A model generated the notes under the pieces. It was given only the letters and a program-made list of their open reading frames with translations. It did not search any database and had not been told where the DNA came from. From contig NW_015163604.1 of assembly GCF_001447785.1 (NCBI RefSeq), forward strand, positions 2,422,328 to 2,486,327: 64,000 nucleotides of DNA, written 5' to 3'. Position 1 is the first letter of the stretch. The number at the start of each line of letters is the position of its first letter. Below, piece after piece: positions 1 through 12,164 of this stretch. Made by a program: the position numbers and the translations under genes. This DNA is from Gekko japonicus (taxonomy: Eukaryota).

Positions 1-327
1 TTGTTTGGCAAATATTTCATAAGCAAAAGAAGCAGAAACCCCCAAAAGTGTGAAAAGAAACTTAGTGTTGTGAGCTCTCCCTGAAAAGGCACTGGAGCTA
101 CAGGCCTCATCTCGTACAATGGCATTATACCCAGCTGAAGTCCTTCCCCTCCCCAGACCCAACCCTCTGTATATATGTGTGTGTGCACGCCTGTACAAAG
201 TCAGCTGCAACTCCACCATGCTTTGCACAGAGCTGCAATTTGTATGGGGGAGGAAGCCTGTTTGATATTACCACAGTATGGTGTTCTGAAATCTTCTTCA
301 CAAGGTTCATATGGACAGGTTCATTAC

Positions 328-635
328 GGTCCTTTCCACACTTGGATTTCATCCCTGGTTTTATCAGAGTTCAACTCGCGGCTCAATACCTTGCATTTAT
401 CTCTGACTATAACAGCATCTGTTTACTCAGGGACAAGTGTGGGGGAAAAACGGGGTGACCGCAATGTAATGTGGAAACAAAAAATACCCAAAGATTATTA
501 CAGGGGTGAACGTGAGTGTAGTGTAGACTGTAAAGGTACCATGAGATAATTACAGGAATGAACTCGAGTGTAGTGTAGAATGTACGTTCGGGGACAGGGT
601 TGAACCAAGATTTAAGGTCTAGTGCAGAATCACCC
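328..635. mobile_element. PIF/Harbinger-like MITE
   Basis: Right end CTAGTGCAGAATCACCC with degenerate left end GGTCCTTTCCACACTTG; TAC on both flanks (325-327, 636-638); internal ~40-bp direct repeat (GATWATTACAGG..TGAAC..GAGTGTAGTGTAGA). Confidence 0.55.
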
Positions 636-1255
636 TACTCTATAGTTTGTTTCAGCATTCCTGGCAAAACGTAAAAGACAGGGTCACGGGAAGGTAAACA
701 AATCAAAATGAGGGGGTTTAAATTGGAACAGTTTCTGAAATTCAATCTTAGCCTTAGTAGCATGACATCATCACTTTCTGATATTTTTCTCATCTCTGCT
801 ACCAGGAGTAATTGACATTCATTGAGTTTGAGGACACTCATACAATGTGACAAAGTATCACATAGTGCAGTTCCATCATTAGCTACAATGTGACTCTTCA
901 TTGGGCACTGTCATTTGCAAAGAAAGCAGCAACAGTTGGCATACCCGGGGTATACCTGGGGTAGACAACTGGTTATGCAGGGATTAGGTCTGGGCCCCAG
1001 ATGTTCTCTACCTTGACATACTCTCTAATTCAAAGGATCCCCTTTTTATGCACCTCAGCCATTCACTCTTAGATGGGGCAAAGGGCTCCATAATCCTCTT
1101 CTCCAGTAGTGTGCAAAAAGACCAATCCTATGCAAGTTTCATCAGAATACTCTTCAAGTCAATGGGACTTACTCCCAGGAAAATGTCCTTAGGATGCTGC
1201 TGTAAAGTTCCATCAGATTTGCTCCCTTATGCGCACAGATTCTCACTGCCATGAG

Positions 1256-1461
1256 CAGTGTTCCCTCTAAGCTGAGTTAGTGTGAGCTAGCTCACAGTTT
1301 TTTAGCCTCCGGCTCACACATTTCTGTCTGAGCTCAGGAAGGACGGCCCCAGAGCACACTAATCTATGTAGCGGCCCAATCGCTCGCTCACATCTCGAAT
1401 GCCAGTAGCTCACAAAGTCAAATTTCTGCTCGCAAAACTACACAGCTTCGAGGGAGCATTG
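1256..1461 (+). mobile_element. hAT MITE family B (206 bp)
   Basis: TIR CARTGTTCCCTCTAAGCTG; perfect 8-bp TSD GCCATGAG. Confidence 0.9.
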
Positions 1462-2020
1462 GCCATGAGTGAGCTGAAGCATAGTCAAATCAAGTGCTTA
1501 GAAAGGGAATAGTTCTGCTGCTGTTCATATTGGAAGGAAGGGGTTAAAGAACACCTTTGCTGGTGCATTGTACAGGAGTGAGTTAGGGGGCAAAGCCAAA
1601 GATATTGGCCCTTCAGCACTCGCCCAATTCAAAATATGACTTAAGTTCAAAAAAGAGTTGCCAGCAAGGTGTATCGAATCATCCAGCAGAGCCAATATTG
1701 GATTCTTGGTTATTGAAGAATGTATATGTGAAGTCTTAATAGTGTGTGCCAACCACCTCAGCACTAGTAGAACCTTGTCAACAACTCGGGCAATATTTTA
1801 AGAACAGCAACAGAAATGATTGGAGACAAGGTGGATCGATAATTTGATGGATGGTGAAGAATGTAGAGCCAGCTTGGCTACTTCTGTGACAGATAGAAGA
1901 AATTCAAGAATTAAGACCAGCGTTCTGGAAATCCATGACCGACGAGATAAAGAATATAAAATTGACTATTATCTGACCACAGAGACAAAATGAACAGAAA
2001 GATTTAAGAGGGGTAGTTGG

Positions 2021-2226
2021 CAATGTTCCCTCTAAGCTGCAGAGCCTTGTGAGCAAAAATGCTACTTCGTGAGCTACTGGCATTAAGGTTGTGATCGGGC
2101 AATTTGACTAATACATAAATTAGTTTGCTCTGGAGCCAGCCTTCCTGAGCAAACACAAAAATGTGTGAGCTGGAGGCTAAAAACCTGTGAGCTAGCTCAC
2201 ACTAACTCAGCTTAGAGGGAACACTG
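2021..2226 (-). mobile_element. hAT MITE family B, inverted relative to the 1256 copy
   Basis: Same TIRs; TSD GTAGTTGG/GTAGTGGG (7/8). Confidence 0.9.
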
Positions 2227-2258
2227 GTAGTGGGTACTAACCTTGTGTGTGGCTCACA

Positions 2259-2655
2259 CAGGGCTCTTTTTGTAGAAAAAGCCCAGCAGGAACTCATTAG
2301 CATAATAGGCCACACCCAACAGCAGAAACTCATTAGCACATTAGGCCACACCCCTGACAGCACAGCTCATTAGCACATTAGGCCACACACCCCCATGTTA
2401 CCAGAAGTGGGGTTATCCAGCCACACCCACCTTTTGCTTGTTATTATGTTTACCTTGTTTGTTGTCAAAACCCAGGGCTTTTTTGTAGCAGGAACTCTTT
2501 TGCATGTTAGGCCACACACCCCTAATGTAGCCAATCCTAATGAGTTTCTGCTGTTGGGTGTGGCCTATTATGCTAATGAGTTCCTGCTGGGCATGGCCAA
2601 CTTGGGAGCCAGCCGGAACTCCGTTCCTGTGCGTTCCTGCCCCAAAATAGCCTTG
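2259..2655 (+). mobile_element. hAT MITE family A (octamer/CACCC subterminal repeats)
   Basis: Ends CAGGGCTCTTTT / AAAATAGCCTTG; flanking duplication GCTCACA; 36-bp repeats containing CTCATTAGCAYAWTAGGCCACAC. Confidence 0.88.
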
Positions 2656-4843
2656 GCTCACATACTTTAGTGCTAACGAAATCTTGTAGTAACAGGGAGA
2701 GCTTATAGCTGAATCTGGAACCTTTCGGGTGGTGTCTAGGCCCAGGAAATGGCCCCCCTATTCGTGACACCATATGTTTCCTCTATCCCAGTTCATTCCA
2801 TTGATGGCAGCTGATGCTGAAAGGCCAGCAACAAAAACGTTAAACGTGCCCAGCCATTATAGAGAGGTGGGGGAATTCAGAATGGGGATGCTATATTCAG
2901 TGGCAGCCATGTACTAAACTTAGGATCTTAGAGCTACCCCCAACAGTGTATTCTGTGGTCTTTCTCCTTCCTCACACCATAAAACTTCAGGCTGCAGGTG
3001 CGGTTCATTGATAAACTAGAAGCAGCATTCATTTGAAAGCTGAAAAGTTCCAGGCTGCAGTCAGCTCCGGCATTGAATCTGTTTCCATTATGCCTGTGCT
3101 CAGTGCTGACAAGCTGGAACTGCATAAAATAATGGAGCAACATAACAAATAATAGAAAAGATGAGCAATAAACGGTCAAAGGAGTCGCTCAGTATGCAGG
3201 CCTACCGTCTGCTTCAGCCCTTCAGACAATCACTTTCCATAATGGGCCATTTATCACTGCAAATATCTGTATACATAAAAGATAAGTGGATGTTGAATAT
3301 GTGCTTTTAACAACTTTCTAAGCACCACCGCGATATGTTATTTTCTTTTATCTCTCCTGTATATCTGTTTATCAGGGGAGTGTCATTGGGTGTATCCCAC
3401 TGGAACCAAATGGATTCTAATCAACTGCTAAGAAAATGAGATACCGCACCAGGAGAAGACGAATGCCTTTACAGAAACTCCTTTAAAATATATCATCAGA
3501 TTTTGCTTTTGAATGGATACTTAAAAAAAAAAAAAAAAAGAGGTGGGCATGAATTGTTTGAATCTAGGACACAAAGGACATATAGGCTCTCCCTTGCAGA
3601 TATTTTATTGATATAGCCAGACACTGGGAACTACTCTAGACTTTCAAATTAGCCACAAAAAGATGCTGGGAGCTCCACTTCCTCACCCCGTGCTTCTGTG
3701 TTTCATTGAAAAGGAGGATATTAACATCCTGTCCTTGAGGGAGTTCCAAATGCTGGTCACCTTTCCCATTTTATCTTCTCTAAAACTCTATGAGGTAGGT
3801 TAAGCAGAGAGTAATTGGCCCATGGTGACCTACACCCAGGGAGATTCAATGACAAGTAGGGATTTGGACTTGGGCCTAAGGACTCACCCTACAACCTTCT
3901 GCATGTAAAGTATGTGTCTTGCCAGTGAGCCACAAGCCCTGCTTACAAGGATGGGTGGCTGACATTCCTTCTTTAAGTACCTGACAGCTACAGTCTCAAG
4001 ACAGGACTTGGATAATAAATTTGGAATGACAATTCTGGATCCTGAATGTACAAGCAAGCTGTACAGGCTAATGATAAAAAAATCCTTATAGCTACCAAGA
4101 GATTATCAGAATTTGCAGGATTGGGATTTCTAGGAGTTTCCCATCCTAGGAGCATTGATTGACACCATGGTGTGCTTCAGTCTTCCTGGATGCTGTTTTC
4201 CCAATCGCAGCTTCAGGGAGCTGCTATTTGTTCTAAGGAAGCCTAGAACTCCCAGCACACATATGATACACAGAGGGTTGCCAGGAAGTACCTGGTAACT
4301 GGTGGAAGGGCTGTGGTTGTTGGTATGGAGGGCATGATGCTGGCTGTGGTGTCACATCAATTCTGGAAAAAAAATGGAAGTAATACTGGTAGATATAGGA
4401 ATCTCCAAAAACGTTATGGTAAACCCACAGAGTTCTTGGCAATTCCTAGAGCCACCCTATGTCATTTCTGGCTTGTTACAAGAAATAGTTAGGAATTAAA
4501 GCTGTTATTGCTAATGTTGACAAGATCCCTTTTAAAAACACCTGAACTAGAAAGATAATTTGGACATTATCAAGATAACATTTGCCTTACTTAGTGATGT
4601 TCCATTAATGCTCAGGTGAGCCACCCACCTTGCTTAATGGACTAACAGAGGAGTGCCCTTTGTTGAGGTCAGGTAAGCATGACTTAAAGCTTAATCATAG
4701 CTGTCTTCTCTTTGCACAGCTAGATAACAACGAAGAAGGCTTTCAGTCTGCAATAGAGCTTAATTCTGTTATCTCAAGAGTTTGTTCTAAAATATTCTAC
4801 CTTCCTAGAAATGTTTCCTAGAAGTAGAAAAAATGTTTGCGAG

Positions 4844-5620
4844 TGTTGACAGAGTGTAGATGTGTAGTCAGGGCTATTTTTGGGCAGGAACGCACAGGAA
4901 TGGAGTTTCGGCTGGCTCCTGAGTTGGCCACGCCCACCATGAACTCATTAGCATAATAGGCCACACCTAACAGCAGAAACTCATTAGGATTGGCTACATT
5001 AGGGGGTGTGTGGCCTAACATGCAAATAAGTTCCTGCTACAAAAAAAGCCCAGGGTTTTGAGAACAAAGTAAACAGAATAAAAAGCGACCTAAAAAAAAA
5101 AAAGACCTAAAAAAAGAAGAAGCAAAAGGTGGGTGTGGCTGGATGACCACACTTCTGGTAACATGGGTGTGTGTGGCCTAATATGCCAATAAGCTGTGCT
5201 ATCAGGGGTGTGGCCTGTTATGCTAATGAGTTCCTGCTGCTGACCTTTTTCTACAAAAAAAGCCCTGTGTGTAGTAATGCAGAGCACAAGCTGTTTAAAG
5301 AATAAAGTCAGTTTATTAAGAAAAGAACAAACTTTGTGAGAAAGTGGAGAAAGAGAAGTCTGTCTAACTAGCTAGGAGGAGTCAGTAGACTAAGTTCTCA
5401 GCAAGAGCAGAAAGGAAACCGAACTGAGCCAATCAGAAGATAGGAAGGAGTTATTTGAAAATAGTAGGAAGTTCCTAATCTCACTGTGCTAACTAGTTGT
5501 CCCTTCTGCTGCCCTCCCCCGCAGTATGTTCCTAATTCCTAATCTCACTATGGTAACTAGTTGTCCCTTCTTCTGCCCCCTGCAGGAAGTTCTTGTCATC
5601 TTTTCTATCTATGCACAACA
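4844..5620 (-). mobile_element. Possible solo LTR interrupted by MITE A
   Basis: TGTTG...CAACA termini, minus-strand AATAAA near 5315, internal ~45-bp tandem duplication (5472-5580); no TSD visible. Confidence 0.4.
4869..5267 (-). mobile_element. hAT MITE family A, inverted relative to the 2259 copy
   Basis: TIRs CAGGGCTATTTT / AAAAAGCCCTG; perfect 8-bp TSD TGTGTAGT. Confidence 0.9.
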
Positions 5621-5879
5621 GGCCTTGCATAAGCCAACAGCTAAAACTCCAGACAATACTAAAGACACAATTGGAAGAAAACCCCAACAGTTGTAGCAGA
5701 ACTTTCCCCCCAAAGCACCAGTTTTACCAAGAATCAATATAAATAGAGCACCAAGTATTTGCCATTGCAGTCTGATGTACAGCAGCAGTGGAGAATTGGG
5801 CCCAACACTCAGTGGTGGTATAAGGTGACAATTTCTCCCCTTGCTTTACTGTTTGGATCTCATTACCCATGGTATATGA

Positions 5880-6085
5880 CAATGTTCCCTCTAAGCCGAG
5901 TTAGTGTGAGCTAGCTCACAGAATTTTAGCCTCCAGCTCACACATTTCTATCTTAGCTCAGGGAGGAGGGCTCCAGAGCAAGCTAATTGATGCAGTAGCC
6001 AAATCACTCGCTCACAACTTTAATGCCAGCAGCTCACAAAGGAGAATTTTTGCTCACAGGACTCTACAGCTTAGAGGGAACATTG
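5880..6085 (+). mobile_element. hAT MITE family B
   Basis: Same TIRs; perfect TSD GTATATGA. Confidence 0.9.
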
Positions 6086-6659
6086 GTATATGAGCACTCA
6101 ATAATCTATTCAGTGGGGGGGGGGGTTTGGTTTAAAAATGCCAGTACTCATATATAAGGCTGCAACAATTTCCACCAATTCCCCTTTCAGGATTTGGGAG
6201 AGTCCCCCTCCCCAAATGTCAGTATTCAACACCAGTGAGTATATGTGTGTTTGTCAGAACCCACAGCTTACAAAGAAGTACACACATTCAGGAACGGTTA
6301 TACTTTTTATTGCAAAGCTATAGATGCAGTAACACAGGCACTGTTAAGAATGGCGACAACCCATTGAGCATAATAGGACATAGGGCATTCGTATGCACAC
6401 ACACACACCCCCGGCATGAGTCAATTAGCTATCCTCCCGCGCACAGGACCGGCTAGGAAACCGTTAGGTGGCGAAAGCTGGGAAACGGTAGTCGCTCACG
6501 GTACAGAGGAGACTTCTAGACAATACAACTTCCAACAGAACCTCCCCCAGCACATCTGTAGAGATAAGCGTTGCGGCACAGGCAAAACAGCAGAGACAGG
6601 AATGCAATAGCAATTACCAAGGCACAGAATGAACTCCCCAACCCCCATGGCAGCATAGC

Positions 6660-7125
6660 TGACAGTTAAGTGCTGTCAAATTGCTTCCGACTTATGGTGC
6701 CACATGAATTAATGATCTCCCATTTTTTTTATTATTAACATACTTGATCAGGTCTTGCAGACTGAAGGCCTTGGCTTCCGTTACAGAGTCAATCCATCTC
6801 ATGTTGGGTCTTCCTCTTTTTCTGCTGACTTCAACTTCCCTAGCATTATTGTCTTTTCCAATGATTTGTCTTCTCATAATGTGACCAAAGTACCATAGAT
6901 TCAGTTTAGTCATTTTAGCTTCTACATAGAATTCAGGCTTGATTTGATCTAGAATCCGTTTGTCTTTTCGGTGGTCCATGGTATCTGTAAAACTTTTCTT
7001 TAACACCAAATTTTCAATGAATCAACTTTCATCCTGTCCCAACTTTCACACCCATACATTGTCCAATTTTCACACCCATACGCTATGAATTAACCTGATC
7101 TTGGTCACCAGTGACATCTATTGCC
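6660..7125 (-). mobile_element. RTE-clade LINE 3' fragment (decayed)
   Basis: Translation ILDQIKPE..EAKMTKLNLWYFGHIMRR..RKRGRPNMRWIDSV is the RTE ORF C-terminus. Confidence 0.85.
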
Positions 7126-7181
7126 GATTTCGACATATTTATTTGCCTCACTGTTTCCCCCTGGAATTAAATCCAAACAGT

Positions 7182-7519
7182 GGCCCCGGTCACACGGAGC
7201 ATTAGCCACGCTAGAGAGATGGAAGATAGGCGGATTTTCCGGGCGCGATCTTACCACCACATCTGGGAAGCGTAGAGCTCCCGTGGCTCAACCAAGGCTT
7301 CCCGCGGAAGATGCGCGGCAAAATTGGGCCCAACCGCGGGGCAAGGGCGGGCATCTGATCACGTTTCCAGTGGCATCCGGCGCCTGCCCATGCCCTCCTA
7401 ACCATGGGACCTCGCTGGGACCGCGAGGGGATGCCTAATCGCGCAGTCGTGCGTTATTTCGCTGCGGGGCAAACAGCCACGCCTCCCACCCGCAATATCC
7501 AGCCCGTGTGATCGGGGCC
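7182..7519. mobile_element. GC-rich PIF/Harbinger-like MITE
   Basis: TIR GGCCCCGGTCACACGG / CCGTGTGATCGGGGCC; same TIR as 19544-19991. Confidence 0.75.
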
Positions 7520-7589
7520 AAAGATGACCTTTTAAACTTAGCTTGTTATTCCAGTTTGCATCTTTTAAAACATTTCATTATATTGTATG

Positions 7590-7775
7590 CTAATTTGCTG
7601 TTCAACCTCCGCCTTGTACGTATGGATTGGTAAATTCTATTTCATTGTGTCTGAGGAAGTGTGCATGCACATGAAAGCTCATACCAGGAATAAAACTTTG
7701 TTGGTCTTCAAGGTGCCACTGGACACAAACTTTGTTCTACTGCTTCAGACCAACATGGCTACCCACCTGGATCTA
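7590..7775 (+). mobile_element. Penelope-like element terminal (pLTR) remnant
   Basis: CTGAGGAAGTGTGCATGCACATGAAAGCTCATACC..AATAAAACTTTGTTGGTCTTCAAGGTGCCACTGGAC; related fragments at 17145, 28826, 32495, 34398 and 57750. Confidence 0.7.
7647..7684 (+). ncRNA. Minimal type I hammerhead ribozyme motif (Penelope-associated)
   Basis: CUGAGGA core 7651-7657, stem II GUGUG/CACAU, GAAA 7673-7676, palindromic AGCU in place of stem III, UC cleavage site at 7679-7680, stem I GUGU/AUAC. Confidence 0.65.
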
Positions 7776-8408
7776 ATGTCCTTACCCAGTGAGTACCACC
7801 ACAAAAAAAAAGGGGAGGGAGGAGCCCTGAATGTATGATTCAGGGCTAAAACTACAACTGATGGCTAGATATGCAGTACGATCTTTAAAAATCAGCCATA
7901 GGAACACATGAATTACAGTACTGATGAAAAGACTGAATTTAGCTCTTCATGCCATCTTCCTGATTGAAAAATGCCCCTGTAAAGCTGCTATAAACCCTGG
8001 CAGAGAAACAAAAATCAGTACCTTTTCTGGTTGGGCAACAGGGCCTCTAGAATTCATATGCTGGCTACTACTTTCAGGGTTAAAGAAGACATGTAGAGTT
8101 TGAATCATGGAACCAGAGGATGTTCTCTGTTGGAGAACTGGTGCCCTGAGATTAAAGATGGTGACTGAAGGTAGTTAAATACCCGTTTCATTGTTTCCTG
8201 TCCCTCTAGCCTTTATTTCTCTATGGCTATCCTTCTTCTGACCTTTCATCCCAAGCCTTACCTCCCCTATATTTCTCCCTAAAGCTTAAGCCAAGAGCTG
8301 AAGAAATAGCTACCCTTTTAAAGTGGTATGTTTGTCTCTCTAATTTGAACCCTTCAAGTTAGGATAATGCCCCCCCCATTGATTATACCCATTACTAAGG
8401 AATATTAA

Positions 8409-8751
8409 GGAGCTGCGGTGGCTCAAGTGGTTAAGACGCTGAACTGCAGGCTGCGGAAGGTCAGTAGTTTAGCAGTTCGAGACCTGCCGCAAGACGGAGT
8501 GAGCTCCCATCTCTAGTTCCAGCTCTTGCCAACCTAGCAGTTTGAAAGCAAGACATTGCAAGTAGATAAATAGGTACCACTTTGGTGGGAAGGTAACAGC
8601 GTTCCGTGCGCCTTAGTGTTTAGTCATGCCAGCCACATGACCACGGAAATGTCTTCGGACAGCGCTGGCTCTTCGGCTTTGAAACGGAGATGAGCACCAC
8701 AACCCTAGAGTCGGATTCGACTGGCCTTCGAGCAAGGGAACCTTTACCTTT
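8409..8751 (+). mobile_element. Sauria SINE, full length
   Basis: tRNA-like head (A box GTGGCTCAAGTGG, B box GTTCGAGACC), ACCTTT tail, TSD TAAGGAATA. Confidence 0.92.
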
Positions 8752-10036
8752 AAGGAATACAAGGAAATCAACTGAAAATAGATCTTCTAAAACTAATTTG
8801 TTGAAATTCCCCCCCCCCCCCCCCGGAAAAAAACTTTCCTCCAAGAAGTTTCAATCTGAAATGCAAATTAGATACATTTATCACTGGCTCCAGAGAATGC
8901 AATGTGTGACTATTTCAAACTGAGCCATAAACATTACAATCCTAAATGGAGTTATTCGAAAGTAAGTTCCTTGAATTCAAAGAGGGCTTGACTTTTGAAT
9001 AAACATTTTTAGGATCTCACTGTAAATTGATAACGCTGATTGTTGAATACCACCCCAAGAGTATATAAATTAAATCCCAGAATGTTAAAAGAAGTTTCGG
9101 CTTCATCCTCTGATGGATCTTAAGTAAAACACAAACTTTCACTCAGTGGCTATATGAAAAAGTGTACAGATCACTGTATTACAAGAAGCTATTTTTCCGT
9201 GTGAACTGGAAAATTTGGAAAGATGAAAGCAGGTAACATGTGGGGGAAATGAAGTGTATCCCTGAATTTGCCTAGCCATCCAAGAATATATGTTAACACT
9301 GAATTGTACATTCCTGTCTCTTATTTGTGTCCTTAGTATCTTGAGAAAATGTGGCACGTGTCCAAGACTCTTGAAGTGGGAAAAGAGGGGGTGGGGGGAC
9401 AAAGAAATGCTGACTCTGATTAAGGCCATCCTAATATCTTTGAATATGTCCAATTCCCTGGGACTTTGAATGTTTGATTACTCAGGCATTTTTCTTTAAA
9501 AGCAAGCAAATGGAGATGCAACTCAGTGGTTTCAATCCCCTTGTTCTCTAATGGGCACAGAATGGGTCTCAGCTCTCAACAGGGGCCTGTGTTGGTGAAT
9601 GAGGCTCAAATCTGTTCCCTAATCTTAGGAACCATCAATTGATTCAGCCAAGCATATTTAAACCTGTTGATGCCTGAGGGGCACTGTAACTGAATAAAAC
9701 AATTCTGAATAAAACAATTTCCCCCACTTCATCACTTTTTGCTGTTGTTCTTTTGTTCCATCCTTGGCGTGGCCCTTTCCTCCTGTACTCTGGCCTAGTC
9801 CTAGGAGCCAGCTACCAATGAATTCAATCAAGCATATTCAATGCTTCTTTTCTCTTTCTCAAAGGTGCACACCAGTACCAAGAGTGGGGTTCAAAAATAG
9901 ACTAGGGGATGCCAGTGATCTATTGGAGGCAGCAAAAATCCCTTTCTAAGGTCTCTGTTCCACTCACAGTTGTTAGGATCCAAGCATGAGATCATGCTGA
10001 AAATATGCATATTTGTACTAATCATTGTTCAGTATA

Positions 10037-10388
10037 AAGGTAAAGGTAAAAGTTCCCTTGCTCGAAAGCCAGTCGAATCCGACTCTAGGGTTGCGGTGCT
10101 CATCTCTGTTTCAAAGCTGAAGAGCCAGCGCTGTCCAAAGACGTTTCCGTGGTCATGTGGCCACCATGACTAAACACCAACGCGCACGGAACGCTGTTAC
10201 CTTCTCACCGAAGTGGTACCTATTTATCTACTTGCAATTTCTTGCTCTCGAACTGCTAGGTTGGCAGGAGCTGGAATTAGAGACGGGAGCTCACTCCATC
10301 ATGCGGCACCCGGGTCTTGAACTGCTGAACTACCGACCTTTCACAGCCTGCAGTACAGCGTCTTAACCACTTGAGCCACCGCAGCTCC
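10037..10388 (-). mobile_element. Sauria SINE, full length
   Basis: AAAGGT repeats and matching body; TSD TTGTTCAGTATA. Confidence 0.92.
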
Positions 10389-10772
10389 TTGTTCAGTATA
10401 GGTACTAGTAATAAAAAAACTGCTAGTTTAAAATATGTTGTTGTGGTAGCTTGCATGGGAAAAAAAGAATAAAAGTTCAAATACAGTAAAAGCCACATGT
10501 AAAAAGAAAGCGATTATGAAACTATGAATAAAATTTTTAGAAACTTGTTTCCTACAAGTCTCCAGCAAGTGGCCACATTGTCCTGTTTTTGGAGTTGCAC
10601 AGGTTGGCGTGACAACCCTGAACAGCCCTGCTTCCCATCATCAACAGGCTGTGGAGAGCCACCACTGACCTGTAGGCAAAACTTTCCCCATCCCATGACA
10701 CAACCTTCACTTAAACATCATGTAAGTACCAATCCCGTGAGTTGTTCAGCCCTCTGGGCCCTCAACCTCACT

Positions 10773-10985
10773 TAGGGTTGCCAACCACCAGGTAGTGGCT
10801 GGAGATCTCCTGAGATCACAACTGATCTCCGGGTGACAGAAATCAGTTCCCCTGGAGGACATGGCCACTTTAGAAGGTGGATTCTATGGCATTGCACCCC
10901 ACTGAAGTCCCTCCCCAAACCCCACCTCCCCAGAATCCACCCCCCAAATCTCCAGGAGTTTCCCAACCCAGAGACGGCAACCCTA
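10773..10985 (+). mobile_element. hAT (Blackjack-like TIR) MITE family C
   Basis: TIR TAGGGTTGCC / GGCAACCCTA; TSD ACCTCACT/GCCTCACT. Confidence 0.85.
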
Positions 10986-11457
10986 GCCTCACTTGAATCT
11001 CCTCCATCAGAAACCCTGTCATCCTGCCTCAGATGACATCAAGCTCAAGAACAGGGTGTCATTTGAGGACTGAATATCTGGATAGCTTCTTCAAGGAAAA
11101 GGTATCCATTCAAGGACCAGGAATTTAAGGCAGTTTATGACTAAATGCTATAATCCCAGGAGATTGTCAAGACCTGCTCCTGGAATCTCTACCTGTCATC
11201 AGTTTGAAAAAGTCATACAGGCCAGGTACCTCTGCTGGTGCCTTTGGGCTGGATGTAGCAAGATATATTGACTGGCATTCAACAACTGCTGTCCTATATG
11301 GACCATTGACTCCTTTTGTGTCCTGGGAATGCCAAGATGAAAAAGGACAACAGCCAGAATGATCCGTGGCCTGAAATTACTACATGTCAGGCTCTTTTAC
11401 TGGAGCAGTATTTTTCTGGGTTACGTTAACAACATATTTCCTAGCACAGGAGAGTGC

Positions 11458-11747
11458 AGAGCCAGTTTGGTGTAGTGGTTAAGTGTGCGGACTCTAATCT
11501 GGGAGAACCGGGTTTGATTCCCCACTCCTCCACTTGCACCTGCTGATGTGACCTTGGGTCAGTCGCAAGCTCTGGCACAGCTGTCCTTGAAAAAGAGCAG
11601 TTTCTGTCAGAGATCTCTCAGCCCCACCCACCTCACAGGGTGTCTGTTGTGGGGAGGGGAAGGGGAAGGAGTTTGTAAGCCGCTCTGAGACACCTTTGGG
11701 TAGTGAAGGGCGGGGGATAAATCCAATCTCTTCTTCTTCTTCTTCTT
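11458..11747 (+). mobile_element. tRNA-derived CORE-type SINE (Squam3-like)
   Basis: A box TGGTGTAGTGG, B-box-like GGTTTGATTCC, MIR-like core CACCTCACAGGGTGTCTGTTGTG, L2-like 3' end, (TCT)n tail. Confidence 0.85.
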
Positions 11748-12164
11748 TTCTGATAGAGTGACTAAAAGAATAAGGTTATTACAATATCTGTATGAATTCT
11801 GTTTGATAAAATTCAGGTCAACGTATTCAAAAAAGCTTTTCGGGGATGCAGGATACTAGCCTGTCTGATACTATACAGAAAAAAAAGGTCTGTAAATGGG
11901 TAAGATGGGAAGAGAAGCACATGTAAAAGCATAACAAAAGCCTACCCATCTGCGAGAGTTAGGGAGAAACCAGAAGTCTTTCAGGGCATGACTTCGGAGT
12001 CTGGATTCAGAAGACTAAACGGGGAGAGAGGAGGTGAAAAGGATATGATAATCAAGAAAGAGAGACTACAGAGAGTGCAAAGTCATAGAAAAGGAGATAT
12101 CTGCTTGTTTATAGAAGCTGTTATCACCCTGGATATGCTGATTCTTGTGGGGTCTTGCCAGTAG

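Noticed and set aside
1500-2000. Possible decayed LINE coding fragment
   Set aside because: No convincing endonuclease or RT motif readable in any frame.
2285-2395. CRISPR-like periodic repeats
   Set aside because: 36-bp subterminal units of a TSD-flanked MITE with no unique spacers and no cas genes.
6252-6620. Possible minus-strand LTR remnant (TGTCA end, TTTATT, CpG-rich)
   Set aside because: Second terminus and TSD not found.
8409-8485. tRNA gene
   Set aside because: A and B boxes belong to a SINE head that continues into the SINE body; the same applies to the Squam-type heads.
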